This document shows positions 19,671 to 29,945 of a stretch of DNA of 64,000 nt, one piece after another; within the stretch, counting starts at the first letter, position 1; every line of letters starts with the position of its first letter. Source of the DNA: Xanthobacteraceae bacterium (lineage in GTDB: Bacteria; Pseudomonadota; Alphaproteobacteria; Rhizobiales; Xanthobacteraceae); assembly GCA_035699705.1 (NCBI GenBank), contig DASSPI010000089.1, positions 130-64,129 on the forward strand, read 5' to 3'. Below the pieces are notes generated by a model, which searched no databases, was not told the origin of the DNA, and saw only the letters and a list, made by a program, of their open reading frames with translations. A program made the position numbers and the translations under genes.

Positions 19671-20576
19671 CTATTTTTCACTTTCGGGATGCTGTCCCCG
19701 CATGGCTGGACGGCCCAGAAGAGCCCGAAAATGGCCACTTAAATCGGCCTCCGGCGCGTCCGCCACGATTCCGCCCTCGCCCATCAGGGCTGCCACGGCG
19801 AAGGCCTGCCCGGCACCCAACTCAACCGCCAGAATACCCGTCGGGGCGAGCAGGCGGCCGGCCTGCGCTACCACGGCGCGATAACCATCGAGGCCGGAGG
19901 GGCCGCCGTCGAGCGCGAGCCGCGGATCGTAATTGCGGACTTCCGGATCCAGCCCGGCGATATCGCCGCTCGCGATATAGGGCGGATTGGAAAGAATAAG
20001 ATCGAACGGCCCGCGCAAGGCCGAGCCATAATCGCAAGCGGCAAAATACGCGCGCGATCCGAAACCAAGACGGACGGCATTGTCGCGCGCGACCGCAAGC
20101 GCGGAAACACTCATGTCGGTGCCGATGCCCACGGCATTTGGAAGCTCCGACAACAGCGCGAGCAAGAGCGCGCCGGTGCCGGTGCCGAAATCCACGATGC
20201 GCAGCGGAAGCGACCGGTCGGGGATCGCCGCGAGCGCCGCCTCCACCACGGTTTCGGTTTCCGGCCGCGGCACCAAAGTTGCGGGCGTGACGCGCAATTC
20301 CAGCCCCCAGAATTCCCTGCGGCCGGCAATGCGCGCCACCGGCTCATGCGCCAGGCGGCGGTCGGCCAGACCCGTGATGGCGGAAACGTCGTCCGCGGTC
20401 AGCCGGCGGTCTCCCTTGGAGGCAAGCGCGCCGTGATCGAGACCAAGCGCGTGGCCCACCAGCAGGCGCGCGTCGAGATCGGGAGAATCCAGGCCGGCAT
20501 CGCGGAATGCCTGCGCCAGCACGCGCCGCGCGGCGGCGATCGAGATGCCCGGCGCAAGACCGGGAAGCATTTTCAC
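19671..20576 (-). CDS. prmC: Peptide chain release factor N5-glutamine methyltransferase
   Basis: 301 aa. [12 protein letters not shown] motif and NPPY catalytic motif. 4-nt overlap with prfA. Confidence 0.93.
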   Translation of the reverse strand: MKMLPGLAPGISIAAARRVLAQAFRDAGLDSPDLDARLLVGHALGLDHGALASKGDRRLTADDVSAITGLADRRLAHEPVARIAGRREFWGLELRVTPATLVPRPETETVVEAALAAIPDRSLPLRIVDFGTGTGALLLALLSELPNAVGIGTDMSVSALAVARDNAVRLGFGSRAYFAACDYGSALRGPFDLILSNPPYIASGDIAGLDPEVRNYDPRLALDGGPSGLDGYRAVVAQAGRLLAPTGILAVELGAGQAFAVAALMGEGGIVADAPEADLSGHFRALLGRPAMRGQHPESEK

Positions 20577-21667
20577 GAGGCCTTTTCCTGCGCCGCCAGC
20601 AATTCCGCCTGATGCTCGGTGGTCAGCGCCTGGATGATTTCATCCAGGGCTTCGCCTTCCATCACCTGCGGCAATTTGTAGAGCGTGAGATTGATGCGGT
20701 GGTCGCTGACGCGGCCTTGCGGGAAATTGTAGGTGCGGATGCGCTCGGAACGGTCGCCCGAGCCGATCTGGCCCTTGCGCTCGGCGGCGCGCGCCGAATC
20801 GAGCCTCGTGCGTTCCAAGTCGTAAAGCTTGGAACGCAGCATCGTCATCGCCTTGGCTTTGTTCTTGTGCTGCGAGCGCTCGGCCTGCACGTAAATCACG
20901 ACGCCGCTCGGAATGTGCGTCACCCGGATGGCGGATTCGGTCTTGTTGACGTGCTGGCCGCCGGCGCCGCTCGACCGCATGGTGTCGATCTTCAGGTCGG
21001 CATCGTTGATCTTCACGTCGACTTCCTCGGCCTCCGGGAGCACCGCGACGGTGGCAGCCGAGGTATGGATGCGCCCTTGCGTCTCGGTATTGGGCACGCG
21101 TTGCACGCGGTGCACGCCGGACTCGAATTTCAGTTTGGCGAAGGGGCCGCGGCCGCTGATTTCCGCGATGATTTCCTTGTAGCCGCCGGCGGTGCCTTCG
21201 CTCGCCGAGACCACCTCCACCTTCCAGCCATGCTTGGCGGCGTAGCGCTCATACATGCGGAACAGATCGCCGGCGAACAGCGAAGCCTCATCGCCGCCGG
21301 TGCCGGCGCGGATTTCCAGGATGACGTTGCGCTCATCCATGGCATCCTTCGGCACCAGCGCGAGGCGGACTTCCTGCGCGAGCCGGTCGCGACGCTCCTG
21401 CAAGGGGCCTTTTTCGCTTTCCGCCAGGGCGCGCATCTCGGGATCGGTCGTCGGATCCTGCATCAGCGCATCGATTTCAGCGAGCTCGCGGCTGGCGGCG
21501 CGATAGGCATTGATCGATTCGACGACCGGCCCGAGCTCGGAGAATTCGCGCGACAGCTTCACAAAGGTATCGGAGTTGTGCTGGCTCGCGAGCGCGGCTT
21601 GCACTTCCGCATAGCGCGTCAACAAGGCGTCGAGTTTCTGTTCAGGGAGCATTTGCTCGTATCTCAA
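20573..21667 (-). CDS. prfA: Peptide chain release factor 1
   Basis: 364 aa. PxT-type region and the [19 protein letters not shown] motif. Confidence 0.97.
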   Translation of the reverse strand: MRYEQMLPEQKLDALLTRYAEVQAALASQHNSDTFVKLSREFSELGPVVESINAYRAASRELAEIDALMQDPTTDPEMRALAESEKGPLQERRDRLAQEVRLALVPKDAMDERNVILEIRAGTGGDEASLFAGDLFRMYERYAAKHGWKVEVVSASEGTAGGYKEIIAEISGRGPFAKLKFESGVHRVQRVPNTETQGRIHTSAATVAVLPEAEEVDVKINDADLKIDTMRSSGAGGQHVNKTESAIRVTHIPSGVVIYVQAERSQHKNKAKAMTMLRSKLYDLERTRLDSARAAERKGQIGSGDRSERIRTYNFPQGRVSDHRINLTLYKLPQVMEGEALDEIIQALTTEHQAELLAAQEKAS

Positions 21668-21708
21668 TAAGGAAAAAAGGGCTCACGCGGGCGACATACG
21701 AAGCGTCG

Positions 21709-23976
21709 CTACAACTGCAAGCCTTCCGATTCGGCGAAAGCCTCTAGCCGCTCGCGGATCCGCACGCTGCCGGCCGGGCTGTCGATCAGGGGATCGAGCA
21801 ATTTCGCCGCCTTGCGGCCGTCGAGCTCAAGCAGCATCGCCTTGACCGGACCGAGTGCCGACGGGGTCACCGAGAGCGAGCGGTAGCCGACGGCGACCAG
21901 CGCCAAGGCGCCGATCGGTTTCGATGCCAGTTCGCCGCACACCGTCACCGGCTTGTTATGCTTGCGTCCGGCCCGGGCGATGGCGCGCAACGCCCGCAAC
22001 GCCGGAGCCGACAGCGGATCGAAGCGTTGCGACACGCGCGCATTGCCGCGGTCTGCCGCGTAGAGAAATTGCAAGAGGTCGTTGGAGCCGACCGAGAGGA
22101 AATCCGCACGCTCGAGCAATTCGTCGAGCTGGAAAAGCAGCGAAGGGACTTCCAGCATGGTTCCGACTTCCACCAGCTCGGGCAAGGCATGTCCGTGCTT
22201 GCGCAGATGCGTCAGCTCGTATTCGACCAGCCGCCTGGCCTCGTCGAATTCGTCCACCGTCGCGACCATCGGGAACATCAGCTTCAGCTCGCGCCCGCCC
22301 GCGGCTTTCAGCAGCGCGCGGATCTGGATGCGCAGGAGCCCCGGCCGGTCGAGGCCCAGCCGGATCGCGCGCCAGCCAAGCGCCGGGTTCTCTTCCTCGA
22401 AGGAGCGCATATAGGGCAGCACCTTGTCGCCGCCGATATCGAGGGTGCGGAAAGTCACCGGTCGCTGGCCGGCGGCGTCGAGCACCGCGCGATAGAGCGT
22501 GAGCTGCTCGCTGGTGCGCGGAAAATTCGGCGAGACCATGAACTGCAATTCGGTGCGGAACAGGCCGATGCCGGCCGCGCCGGTCTCCTCGATATGCGGC
22601 AGGTCGATCACCAGGCCGGCGTTCAGCATCAGCGTCACCGGCTCGCCGTCCTTGGTGACGCAGGGCCGCTCGCGCAACGCGCGGTATTGCGCCTGCTTGC
22701 GCGCGCGCAAACGCACGCGCTCGGCATAAGCGTGCTCGACCTCGGCGGAGGGACGCACATGCACTTCGCCGGTGGTGCCGTCGACGATGATCGCGTCGCC
22801 GGAATCGACCAGCCCGGTGGCATTGGCAATCTCCCCCACCGCCGGGATGCCGAGCGCGCGCGCCACGATGGAGACATGCGAGGTTGGCCCGCCTTCCTCC
22901 AGCACCAGGCCGCGCAGGCGCTTGCGGTCGTAATCGAGCAGCGCGGCCGGACCCATGGCGCGCGCGACGATCACGGCGTTCTCCGGCAGCTGCTCGCGCG
23001 CGGGCGCGTGATTGCGGCCCATCAGTTGTCGCATCAGCCGGTTGGCGAGATCGTCCAGGTCGTGCAGGCGGTCGCGCAAATAAGGATCGGTCTGCCGCAG
23101 CATGCGCGCGCGGGTGTCCGACTGTACGCGCTCCACGGCGGCTTCGGCCGTCAGTCCGGTCGCCACCGCCTCATGCATGCGGTGCATCCAGCCCTGGTCA
23201 TAGGCGAACATGCGATAGGCCTCGAGCACGTCGCGATGCTCGCCGCCGTCCACCACGTCGCCGCGCTCCAGCATCAGATCGAGATCGGCGCGCACGGCGG
23301 CAATGGCATTGTCCAGGCGCTTTTGTTCCTTATGCACGTCATCGGCGATGAAATTGGTCACCACCACGCGCGGCTCGTGCAGCACGACATGGCCGAGCGC
23401 CAGGCCTTCCGCCAGCGCGCTGCCGGCAAGCCTGAGCGCATGATGCGCGGCCGGTTCGGCGCCGGGCTTGGCCAGCGCCGAGAGCTCGCCCGAAGCGATC
23501 ATCTCCGCCAGCACCATGGCGGTGGTTTGCAGCGCCTCCTCTTCCTCCTCGGAATAGGTGCGCCGCGCCCGGTTCTGCACCACCAGCACGCCGAGGGTGT
23601 TGCCCGCGCGCAGGATCGGCACGCCGAGGAAGGAATGGTAGATCTCTTCGCCGGTTTCCGGCCGATAGGAGAAGGCCGGATGCTCATGCGCCTCCGACAG
23701 GTTGATCGAGGTGGCCTCGCGCGCCACCAGGCCGACCAGGCCTTCATTGACGTCCATGACGGTCTGGTGAACGGCCTGCCGGTTCAGACCTTCGGTGGCA
23801 TAGAGTTCGAGTGTGTTGTCCACGCGCAGCACGTAGACGGAACACACCTCCGCCACCATGTTGGCGGCGATCAGCACCACAATCTTGTCCAGGCGTTCCT
23901 GCGCGCTGACCGGCTCCGCCATCACCTCGCGAAGCCGGCGCAACAATACGCGCGGACCACCGAGCGCGCCTCGCAT
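21709..23976 (-). CDS. ptsP: Phosphoenolpyruvate-protein phosphotransferase PtsP (EI-Ntr) with N-terminal GAF domain
   Basis: 755 aa. GAF-like N-terminus, then EI motifs GGPTSHVSIVARALGIPAV and LSVGSNDLLQF. Confidence 0.95.
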   Translation of the reverse strand: MRGALGGPRVLLRRLREVMAEPVSAQERLDKIVVLIAANMVAEVCSVYVLRVDNTLELYATEGLNRQAVHQTVMDVNEGLVGLVAREATSINLSEAHEHPAFSYRPETGEEIYHSFLGVPILRAGNTLGVLVVQNRARRTYSEEEEEALQTTAMVLAEMIASGELSALAKPGAEPAAHHALRLAGSALAEGLALGHVVLHEPRVVVTNFIADDVHKEQKRLDNAIAAVRADLDLMLERGDVVDGGEHRDVLEAYRMFAYDQGWMHRMHEAVATGLTAEAAVERVQSDTRARMLRQTDPYLRDRLHDLDDLANRLMRQLMGRNHAPAREQLPENAVIVARAMGPAALLDYDRKRLRGLVLEEGGPTSHVSIVARALGIPAVGEIANATGLVDSGDAIIVDGTTGEVHVRPSAEVEHAYAERVRLRARKQAQYRALRERPCVTKDGEPVTLMLNAGLVIDLPHIEETGAAGIGLFRTELQFMVSPNFPRTSEQLTLYRAVLDAAGQRPVTFRTLDIGGDKVLPYMRSFEEENPALGWRAIRLGLDRPGLLRIQIRALLKAAGGRELKLMFPMVATVDEFDEARRLVEYELTHLRKHGHALPELVEVGTMLEVPSLLFQLDELLERADFLSVGSNDLLQFLYAADRGNARVSQRFDPLSAPALRALRAIARAGRKHNKPVTVCGELASKPIGALALVAVGYRSLSVTPSALGPVKAMLLELDGRKAAKLLDPLIDSPAGSVRIRERLEAFAESEGLQL

Positions 23977-24155
23977 GGCGTGAGGTCCTCTAACCCGATC
24001 TCCCCGCAGCCGTTTTGGCCGCGGCCCAAACTGAAAGGAAAAGCCCGTGGCTGCGGCGATCCACGGAATCTTCTATCAGGTCATAGCCAATCGGGGATGC
24101 AAACTGCAAGCCAAAGGCCGCCAGACACCGCTGAAAGCGCGCCGCGGCTGGATTT

Positions 24156-25415
24156 TCAGGCGCTGCCCTTATCCAGCCCGTAGAGGGCATGCAGGGTGCG
24201 GACGGCCAGTTCGGTATAGGCGGCGTCGATCAGGAGCGAGAACTTGATCTCCGAGGTGGTGATGGCGCGGATGTTGATGTTGCGTTCGGCCAGCGCCTTG
24301 AAGGCCTCCGCCGCCACGCCCGCGTGGCTGCGCATGCCGAAGCCGATCACGGAAATCTTGGCCACGTCGGTGGCGCCGTCGAGCCGCTCATAGCCGATCT
24401 CGCCCTTGGCCTTGGCCAGAACGTCGCTGGCCCGGGCATAGTCCGCCTCCGGCACGGTGAAGGTCAGGTCGGTGGTCGCGCCGTTCTCGGAGACGTTCTG
24501 CACGATCATGTCGACGTTGATATTGGCCTGCGCCAGCCGGCCGAAAATGGCAGCGGCCACGCCGGGCTTGTCCTGCACCCGGCGGATGGAAATCTGCGCC
24601 TCGTCCTTGGAGAAGGCGATGCCGGTGACGATGTGCTGCTCCACGATCTCCTCCTCAAAACAAATCAGGGTTCCCGGCGGGTCGGCGCGCGGATCGATAT
24701 CCTCGGGCTTGTCGAAGCTGGAACGGACGAAGATCCGCACCTGCCGCATGGCGCCGAGCTCGACCGCGCGCACCTGCAACACCTTGGCGCCGAGCGAGGC
24801 CAGTTCCAGCATTTCCTCGAAGGCGACCTTGGCAAGCCTGCGCGCGCGCGGAACGACCCGGGGATCGGTCGTATAGACGCCGTCCACATCGGTATAGATG
24901 TCGCAGCGGTCGGCCTGAATCGCGGCCGCGACCGCGACCGCGGAAGTATCGGAGCCGCCGCGGCCGAGCGTGGTGATGCGGCCGGTCTCCTTGTGGATGC
25001 CCTGGAAGCCGGAGATCACCGCCACTTCCTTGCGCTCCTTGAAGCGCTTGACGAGCTCGGCGCCGTTGATGTCGAGGATACGGGCGGCGCCATGCGCGTC
25101 GCTGGTCAGGATCGGCAATTGCCAGCCCTGCCACGACCGCGCGCTGACGCCCAACTCCTGCAAGGCGATGGCCAGCAGGCCCGAGGTCACCTGTTCGCCG
25201 GAAGCGACCACAACGTCGTATTCCCGCGCGTCATGCAGGGCCGCCGCCTCGCGGCACCACTCCACCAGCCTGTTGGTGGTCCCTGCCATGGCGGAAACAA
25301 CCACCGCGACCTCATGCCCGGCATCCGTCTCCCGCTTCACATGGCGGGCGACGTTGCGGATGCGGTCGATATCGGCGACGGACGTACCGCCGAATTTCAT
25401 GACAAGACGGCTCAT
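24156..25415 (-). CDS. lysC: Aspartate kinase
   Basis: 419 aa. [19 protein letters not shown]-terminus, [15 protein letters not shown], and two C-terminal ACT domains. Confidence 0.96.
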   Translation of the reverse strand: MSRLVMKFGGTSVADIDRIRNVARHVKRETDAGHEVAVVVSAMAGTTNRLVEWCREAAALHDAREYDVVVASGEQVTSGLLAIALQELGVSARSWQGWQLPILTSDAHGAARILDINGAELVKRFKERKEVAVISGFQGIHKETGRITTLGRGGSDTSAVAVAAAIQADRCDIYTDVDGVYTTDPRVVPRARRLAKVAFEEMLELASLGAKVLQVRAVELGAMRQVRIFVRSSFDKPEDIDPRADPPGTLICFEEEIVEQHIVTGIAFSKDEAQISIRRVQDKPGVAAAIFGRLAQANINVDMIVQNVSENGATTDLTFTVPEADYARASDVLAKAKGEIGYERLDGATDVAKISVIGFGMRSHAGVAAEAFKALAERNINIRAITTSEIKFSLLIDAAYTELAVRTLHALYGLDKGSA

Positions 25416-25498
25416 GCGGATGATTTTCTTCAGTTTCCGGCCGGAAAAGGCGGCTATACATACCGGCGCTGTCGGATTGCCGCAACCGCAGCTCTTTC

Positions 25499-25628
25499 TT
25501 TCCCTCTCCCCTTGCGGGCGAGGGTGCCCGGGCGATAGCGAGGGCGGGTAAGGGGCGTTTTCGCCCCCTCAACCGGCTCGCGCCAGCCACGCTCGCGCTT
25601 GCCACCCTCGCCGCGAGGGGAGAGGAAA
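25499..25628. repeat. MITE-like unit with about 27-bp imperfect terminal inverted repeats (TTTCCCTCTCCCCTTGCGGGCGAGGGTG ... CCACCCTCGCCGCGAGGGGAGAGGAAA)
   Basis: Inverted arms at 25499-25526 and 25602-25628 in the lysC/ubiG divergent spacer. Same CTCTCCCC..GAGGGT family as 16078 and 30188. Confidence 0.6.
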
Positions 25629-25641
25629 ACAGGAGCCGCCA

Positions 25642-26388
25642 GTGGTCGGACAAACCTCATCCACCGTCGATGCCGCCGAAGTGGAGCGGTTCTCCCGGCT
25701 GGCCGCCGACTGGTGGGACCCGCACGGCCCGATGGCGCCCCTGCACAAGTTCAACCCGGTGCGGCTTGGCTATATCCGCGACCAGGCGGCGATGCATTTT
25801 CAGCGTGATCCCAAACGGCTCGACTGCCTCAACGGCCTGCGCCTCCTCGACATCGGCTGCGGCGGCGGGCTTCTGTCCGAGCCGCTGGCGCGCATCGGGG
25901 CGCAGGTGCTCGGCGCCGATCCCGCCGCCAACAATATCGAGGTGGCGAAGCTGCATGCCGCCGAAACAGGCGTGGCGGTGGACTACCGCTCCACGACCGC
26001 CGAGGCGCTGGCCGAGGCGGGCGAGCGCTTCGACATCGTGCTGGCGATGGAAGTGATCGAGCACGTCACCGACGTCAATCTGTTCGTCCGCCGCTGCGCC
26101 GAGATGGTGAAGCCGGGCGGGCTGATGATCACCGCCACGCTCAACCGCACGCTGAAGGCTTTCGCGCTCGCCATCGTCGGAGCCGAATATGTGCTGCGCT
26201 GGCTGCCGCGCGGCACGCATCAATGGGACAAATTCGTCACCCCGGAGGAACTGGAATCCGCACTGCAGGCCGGCGGGCTGCGCCGCATCGGCGAAAGCGG
26301 CGTGATCTACAACCTGCTCGCCGACAAATGGCAGCTCTCGCCCGACATGGACGTGAACTACATGATCGCGGCGGAGCGGCCGGCGTGA
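25642..26388 (+). CDS. ubiG: Bifunctional 3-demethylubiquinol 3-O-methyltransferase / 2-polyprenyl-6-hydroxyphenol methylase
   Basis: GTG start with AGGAG 7 nt upstream. [25 protein letters not shown] and [17 protein letters not shown] are UbiG hallmarks. Confidence 0.93.
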   Translation: MVGQTSSTVDAAEVERFSRLAADWWDPHGPMAPLHKFNPVRLGYIRDQAAMHFQRDPKRLDCLNGLRLLDIGCGGGLLSEPLARIGAQVLGADPAANNIEVAKLHAAETGVAVDYRSTTAEALAEAGERFDIVLAMEVIEHVTDVNLFVRRCAEMVKPGGLMITATLNRTLKAFALAIVGAEYVLRWLPRGTHQWDKFVTPEELESALQAGGLRRIGESGVIYNLLADKWQLSPDMDVNYMIAAERPA

Positions 26389-26398
26389 GGCTCCTCCT

Positions 26399-26495
26399 GT
26401 CATCGCCCGCGCAGGCGGGCGATCCAGTAAACGAAGTCCTTTGTTCTTATGCGGACACCGGGAGGACTGGATGCCCCGCCTCCGCGGGGCATGAC
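26399..26495. repeat. REP pair: GTCATCGCCCGCGCAGGCGGGCGATCCAGTAA ... CTGGATGCCCCGCCTCCGCGGGGCATGAC
   Basis: Two GC-rich hairpins 36 nt apart. The same family occurs at 29856..29936. Confidence 0.75.
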
Positions 26496-26501
26496 GGATA
26501 G

Positions 26502-27401
26502 GTGATGCCCGACGCTTCCTGGCTCTGGATCGGTTTCACGCTGATCGCCGCCTTGGCGCAGACCTTGCGCAATGCGACCCAGCGCCATCTCACCACGGCG
26601 CTCGGCACCGCCGGCGCGACGCAGGTGCGCTTTCTGTTCGGCGTGCCCTTCGGGCTGCTCTTTCTCTTCGCGGCGCTGCTGGCGACCGGCGCGCCGCTGC
26701 CGCAGCCGGACGGCGTCTACTGGGGCTGGATCCTGCTCGGCGGCCTGGCGCAGACCGCCGCCACCGCCCTGATGCTGACCGCGATGAACGCCCGCTCCTT
26801 CGTGGTGGTCTACGCCTATATCAAGACCGAGCCCGTGCAGGTCGCGCTGTTCGGGCTCGTGTTGCTGGGCGACCAGGTGACGCTGCCGATGGCGGTGGCG
26901 ATCCTGATCGCGACGGCCGGCGTTTTGATCATGTCGCATCGTCCCGCCGCGTTGCGCGACGGGCTGACGCCGGCGCTGCTCGGGCTGGCCGCCGGCGCGA
27001 TGTTCGGACTTTCCGCCATCGGCTTCCGCGGCGCTGTCCTGACCCTGAGCGATGCCAGCTATGTCATGGCCGCGTCCTTCAGCGTGGTGATGGGGCTGGC
27101 GCTGCAGGCGGTGCTGTTGTCGGTCTATCTTTGGCTGCGCACGCCCGGCGTCATGGCCGCGATCCTGCGCGAATGGCGGCCCTCGCTGCTGGCGGGCTTT
27201 CTCGGCGCCTTCGCCTCGCTGTTCTGGTTTCTGGCCTTCGCGCTGGCCACGGCGGCGAGCGTGCGCACGCTGGCGCTGGTCGAGGTGCTGTTCGCGCAGG
27301 CGATCTCGGTCTTCGGCTTCCGGCAGCGCACGACGGCGCGCGAGGCGGTGGGCATCGCCCTGATCGTTGTGGGGGTCGCTTTGCTGATCGGCGCTTCTTA
27401 G
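26502..27401 (+). CDS. DMT-superfamily (EamA-like) transporter
   Basis: 299 aa, 10 hydrophobic segments, duplicated EamA-type halves. Confidence 0.7.
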   Translation: MMPDASWLWIGFTLIAALAQTLRNATQRHLTTALGTAGATQVRFLFGVPFGLLFLFAALLATGAPLPQPDGVYWGWILLGGLAQTAATALMLTAMNARSFVVVYAYIKTEPVQVALFGLVLLGDQVTLPMAVAILIATAGVLIMSHRPAALRDGLTPALLGLAAGAMFGLSAIGFRGAVLTLSDASYVMAASFSVVMGLALQAVLLSVYLWLRTPGVMAAILREWRPSLLAGFLGAFASLFWFLAFALATAASVRTLALVEVLFAQAISVFGFRQRTTAREAVGIALIVVGVALLIGAS

Positions 27402-27410
27402 CGACGATTC

Positions 27411-27863
27411 TCAGTTCTGCTCGTCCGGCAGCACCGGCAAGGGATGCAGCTCGATGCCTTCCTCGTGCAGTTCCTTGGCGGCTTCCAGCGACGCCTCGCC
27501 ATAGATCGAGCGATGCTCGACCTCCCCGTAATGCATCTTGCGCGCTTCTTCGGGGAATTTTTGTCCGACATAATCGGCGTTCTTGGTGATGTGCTCGCGC
27601 AATTCCTTCAGCTTCGCGCGCAGCTCCTGCTCCTGCGGAGAGAGCATGGCGACTGGAGCAGCCGCGGCGGCGTCCGGGGCGCGCCGCCTGCCCTTGCGCG
27701 TGCCGGACAGGCGCGGCGCCATGATCGCCTTGTCCACCTTGACCGAGCCGCAGGCCGGGCAGCTGACGAGCCCGCGCTTCGCCTGCTTGTCATAGGCGGC
27801 GGAGCTGGCGAACCAGCTCTCGAATTCGTGCCTTTGCTCGCAGACCAGTGCGTATTTGATCAT
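27411..27863 (-). CDS. DUF1178 family protein
   Basis: 150 aa. MIKYALVCEQRHEFESWF...SCPACGS is the N-terminal zinc-ribbon-like signature of DUF1178. Confidence 0.8.
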   Translation of the reverse strand: MIKYALVCEQRHEFESWFASSAAYDKQAKRGLVSCPACGSVKVDKAIMAPRLSGTRKGRRRAPDAAAAAPVAMLSPQEQELRAKLKELREHITKNADYVGQKFPEEARKMHYGEVEHRSIYGEASLEAAKELHEEGIELHPLPVLPDEQN

Positions 27864-28735
27864 GTCGGGCCTTTCACCGCGCGAAGGTGAACCGGCTCGG
27901 CCATCGGCTCGATGATCTCAAAGCGCCGCCCATGCTGGAGCGAAGGAATCCGCCCGCGGGCGGCGGAGATCGCCGCCGGATCGATCGTGGCCAGCACGAT
28001 TCCGGGCTCGGTTCCGCCTTCCGCCAGAATGCTCCCCCAAGGGTCTATAATCAGTGAATGGCCGAAGGTCTCGCGGCCGTTTTCGTGCCGGCCGCCTTGC
28101 GCGGCGGCGAAGACGAAACAGCCATTCTCGATCGCGCGGGCGCGTTGCAAGACGTGCCAATGCGCTTCACCGGTCTGCCGGGTGAAGGCGGCGGGCGCCG
28201 CCAGGAAGGAGGCGCCGGCTTCCGCCAGCCCGCGATAGAGCGCGGGGAAGCGCAGGTCGTAGCAGATGGTCATGCCAAGCCGGCCCCAGGGCAGATCGGC
28301 CACCACGCCGAAATCGCCGGCGCGAAAGTTGCGCGATTCCCGATAGCTCTCGCCGTTGGCGAGATCGACGTCGAACATGTGGATCTTGTCGTATCGCGCG
28401 GCGATCTCGCCCTTCGGGTCGATCAGGAAGGATCGGTTGGCCGCCTTGTCGGCGGAGACGCGGATTGCGAGCGAGCCGACATGCAGATGGATCGACAGCG
28501 CGCGCGCAAGCTCGCGGAAGGTGGCGAGACAGAAATCGCTTTCTTCCGACACGATCGCGGCGAACAGCTGCTCGTGCTGCAGCACCATGATGTTGGTCAT
28601 TTCCGGCGTCTGCACATAATCCGCGCCGCTGTTCTTGGCTTCCGCGATCAGCTTGACCGCGGCGTCGAGATTGGTCTGCGGATTGAGCCCGGAGCGCATC
28701 TGCACCAGCGCCGCGGTGAAAGTCGCCGCCGTCAT
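27860..28735 (-). CDS. Carbon-nitrogen hydrolase (nitrilase superfamily) protein
   Basis: 291 aa. Glu/Lys/Cys triad context (..YVQTPEM.., ..YDKIHMFD.., ..GMTICYDLRFP..). Confidence 0.85.
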   Translation of the reverse strand: MTAATFTAALVQMRSGLNPQTNLDAAVKLIAEAKNSGADYVQTPEMTNIMVLQHEQLFAAIVSEESDFCLATFRELARALSIHLHVGSLAIRVSADKAANRSFLIDPKGEIAARYDKIHMFDVDLANGESYRESRNFRAGDFGVVADLPWGRLGMTICYDLRFPALYRGLAEAGASFLAAPAAFTRQTGEAHWHVLQRARAIENGCFVFAAAQGGRHENGRETFGHSLIIDPWGSILAEGGTEPGIVLATIDPAAISAARGRIPSLQHGRRFEIIEPMAEPVHLRAVKGPT

Positions 28736-29004
28736 GCGGTCTCTCCTTCGCTCGCCAGCAAGGCGTCGAGCTTCTTCGCCGCCTCCAGCGCGTGCAGGTC
28801 GTCCGAGCCGCCCACATGCACCGAGCCGATGAATATCTGCGGCACGGTCATGCGCCCATGCGCGCGCTCAACCATCTTCTGGCGGAGCTCCCAATTGCCG
28901 GACACGTCGATCTCCCTGAAAGGGATGCCTTTGCGGGTCAACAGCGCCTTGGCGGAAACGCAATAGGGGCAGAATCGGGTCGTATAGATTTCAACTGGCG
29001 GCAT
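28732..29004 (-). CDS. grxC: Glutaredoxin 3
   Basis: 90 aa from an internal ATG. CPYC active site (VEIYTTRFCPYCVSAK) and TVPQIFIG..HVGGSDDL. Confidence 0.93.
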   Translation of the reverse strand: MPPVEIYTTRFCPYCVSAKALLTRKGIPFREIDVSGNWELRQKMVERAHGRMTVPQIFIGSVHVGGSDDLHALEAAKKLDALLASEGETA

Positions 29005-29029
29005 TTTTCCATCGCTTAGTTTTCCCAGT

Positions 29030-29824
29030 TTATATGGCGCTTCTGGCCGCCGCCACAACCCGAGCGAATACCAGCACATCGACATTCGCAGCGCCCGCGC
29101 GCAGCAGCGCGCGCGTGCAGGCATCCGCGGTTGCTCCCGAAGTCAGCACATCGTCCACCAGCACCAGCCGCCGCCCGGCAATCTCGGCCTTGCCGTCGGG
29201 CGGCACGCGGAAAGCGCCCTGCACGTTTCCGGCGCGCTCGCTTTGGCTCAGGCCGACCTGATGCGCGGTGGCTTTCACCCGTTTGAGCGCGGCGTGCAGC
29301 ACCGGCACGCCGCTGGCCGCCGATATCGCCCGCGCCAGCGATGCCGACTGGTTGAAGCGCCGCGTCCACAACCTCCGCCAGTGCAGCGGCACGGGAATCA
29401 GCGCATCGGCTTCCGCAAGCAGCTCGCGTCCCGCGCTGGCGGTCCAGCGGCCGAGCGTCGGCGCGAGATCCAGCCGGTCGCCATATTTGAAGGCATGCAC
29501 CAGCGCCCGCGAGATGTCGTCGTAGCGCACGGCGGCGCGGGCGCGGTTATAGGCGGGAGGGTCGGCGATGGCCTGCATCGAGAGCAGGCCCGGCCCGGGA
29601 TCATAGGCGAAGGGAATGCCCAGGCGCTCGCAATAGGGCCGCGCAATGAAGGATAGCTTCGACCAGCAGCTCGCGCATAACGCCTGATCTTCCACCGGCT
29701 CGCGGCAGGCGGGGCAGAGCGGTGGCAGCGCCACGTCGAGTGCCGTGCGCAAGGTGCCGCGCAGGCCGCGCGCCAGAACGGCGAAGCGGGAAGCCGAGAT
29801 ACGAGGGCTTTCGGTGGCGCTCAT
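29030..29824 (-). CDS. comF: ComF-family protein (phosphoribosyltransferase-like)
   Basis: 264 aa. N-terminal Cys pairs (CPAC...CASCW) and a PRTase motif LVLVDDVLTSGAT. Confidence 0.85.
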   Translation of the reverse strand: MSATESPRISASRFAVLARGLRGTLRTALDVALPPLCPACREPVEDQALCASCWSKLSFIARPYCERLGIPFAYDPGPGLLSMQAIADPPAYNRARAAVRYDDISRALVHAFKYGDRLDLAPTLGRWTASAGRELLAEADALIPVPLHWRRLWTRRFNQSASLARAISAASGVPVLHAALKRVKATAHQVGLSQSERAGNVQGAFRVPPDGKAEIAGRRLVLVDDVLTSGATADACTRALLRAGAANVDVLVFARVVAAARSAI

Positions 29825-29855
29825 GGATCAAACGCTATCGTGCCGCAACACTCTT

Positions 29856-29936
29856 GTCATCGCCCGGCTTGACCGGGCGATCCAGTAACCTCTTAAAGTG
29901 CGGCGTGTACTGGATGCCCGCCTTCGCGGGCATGAC
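29856..29936. repeat. REP pair: GTCATCGCCCGGCTTGACCGGGCGATCCAGTAA ... CTGGATGCCCGCCTTCGCGGGCATGAC
   Basis: Same family as 26399..26495. It creates the spurious N-terminal extension of track ORF 29898..30866. Confidence 0.75.
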
Positions 29937-29945
29937 CGGATAACG

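Noticed and set aside
21958-24183. 741-aa plus-strand ORF, along with similar long ORFs at 1232..2365, 8348..9589, 14835..15983, 24189..25538, 25657..26403, 35798..37147, 45459..46700 and 50691..52811
   Set aside because: All lie antisense to, or out of frame with, genes carrying unmistakable family signatures (ptsP, Bug, the Moco/cytochrome b genes, phaA, lysC, ubiG, secA, cobT, the helicase). Their products are Arg/Ala/Gly/His-rich with no motifs, which is the typical stop-codon-poor artefact of high-GC DNA.
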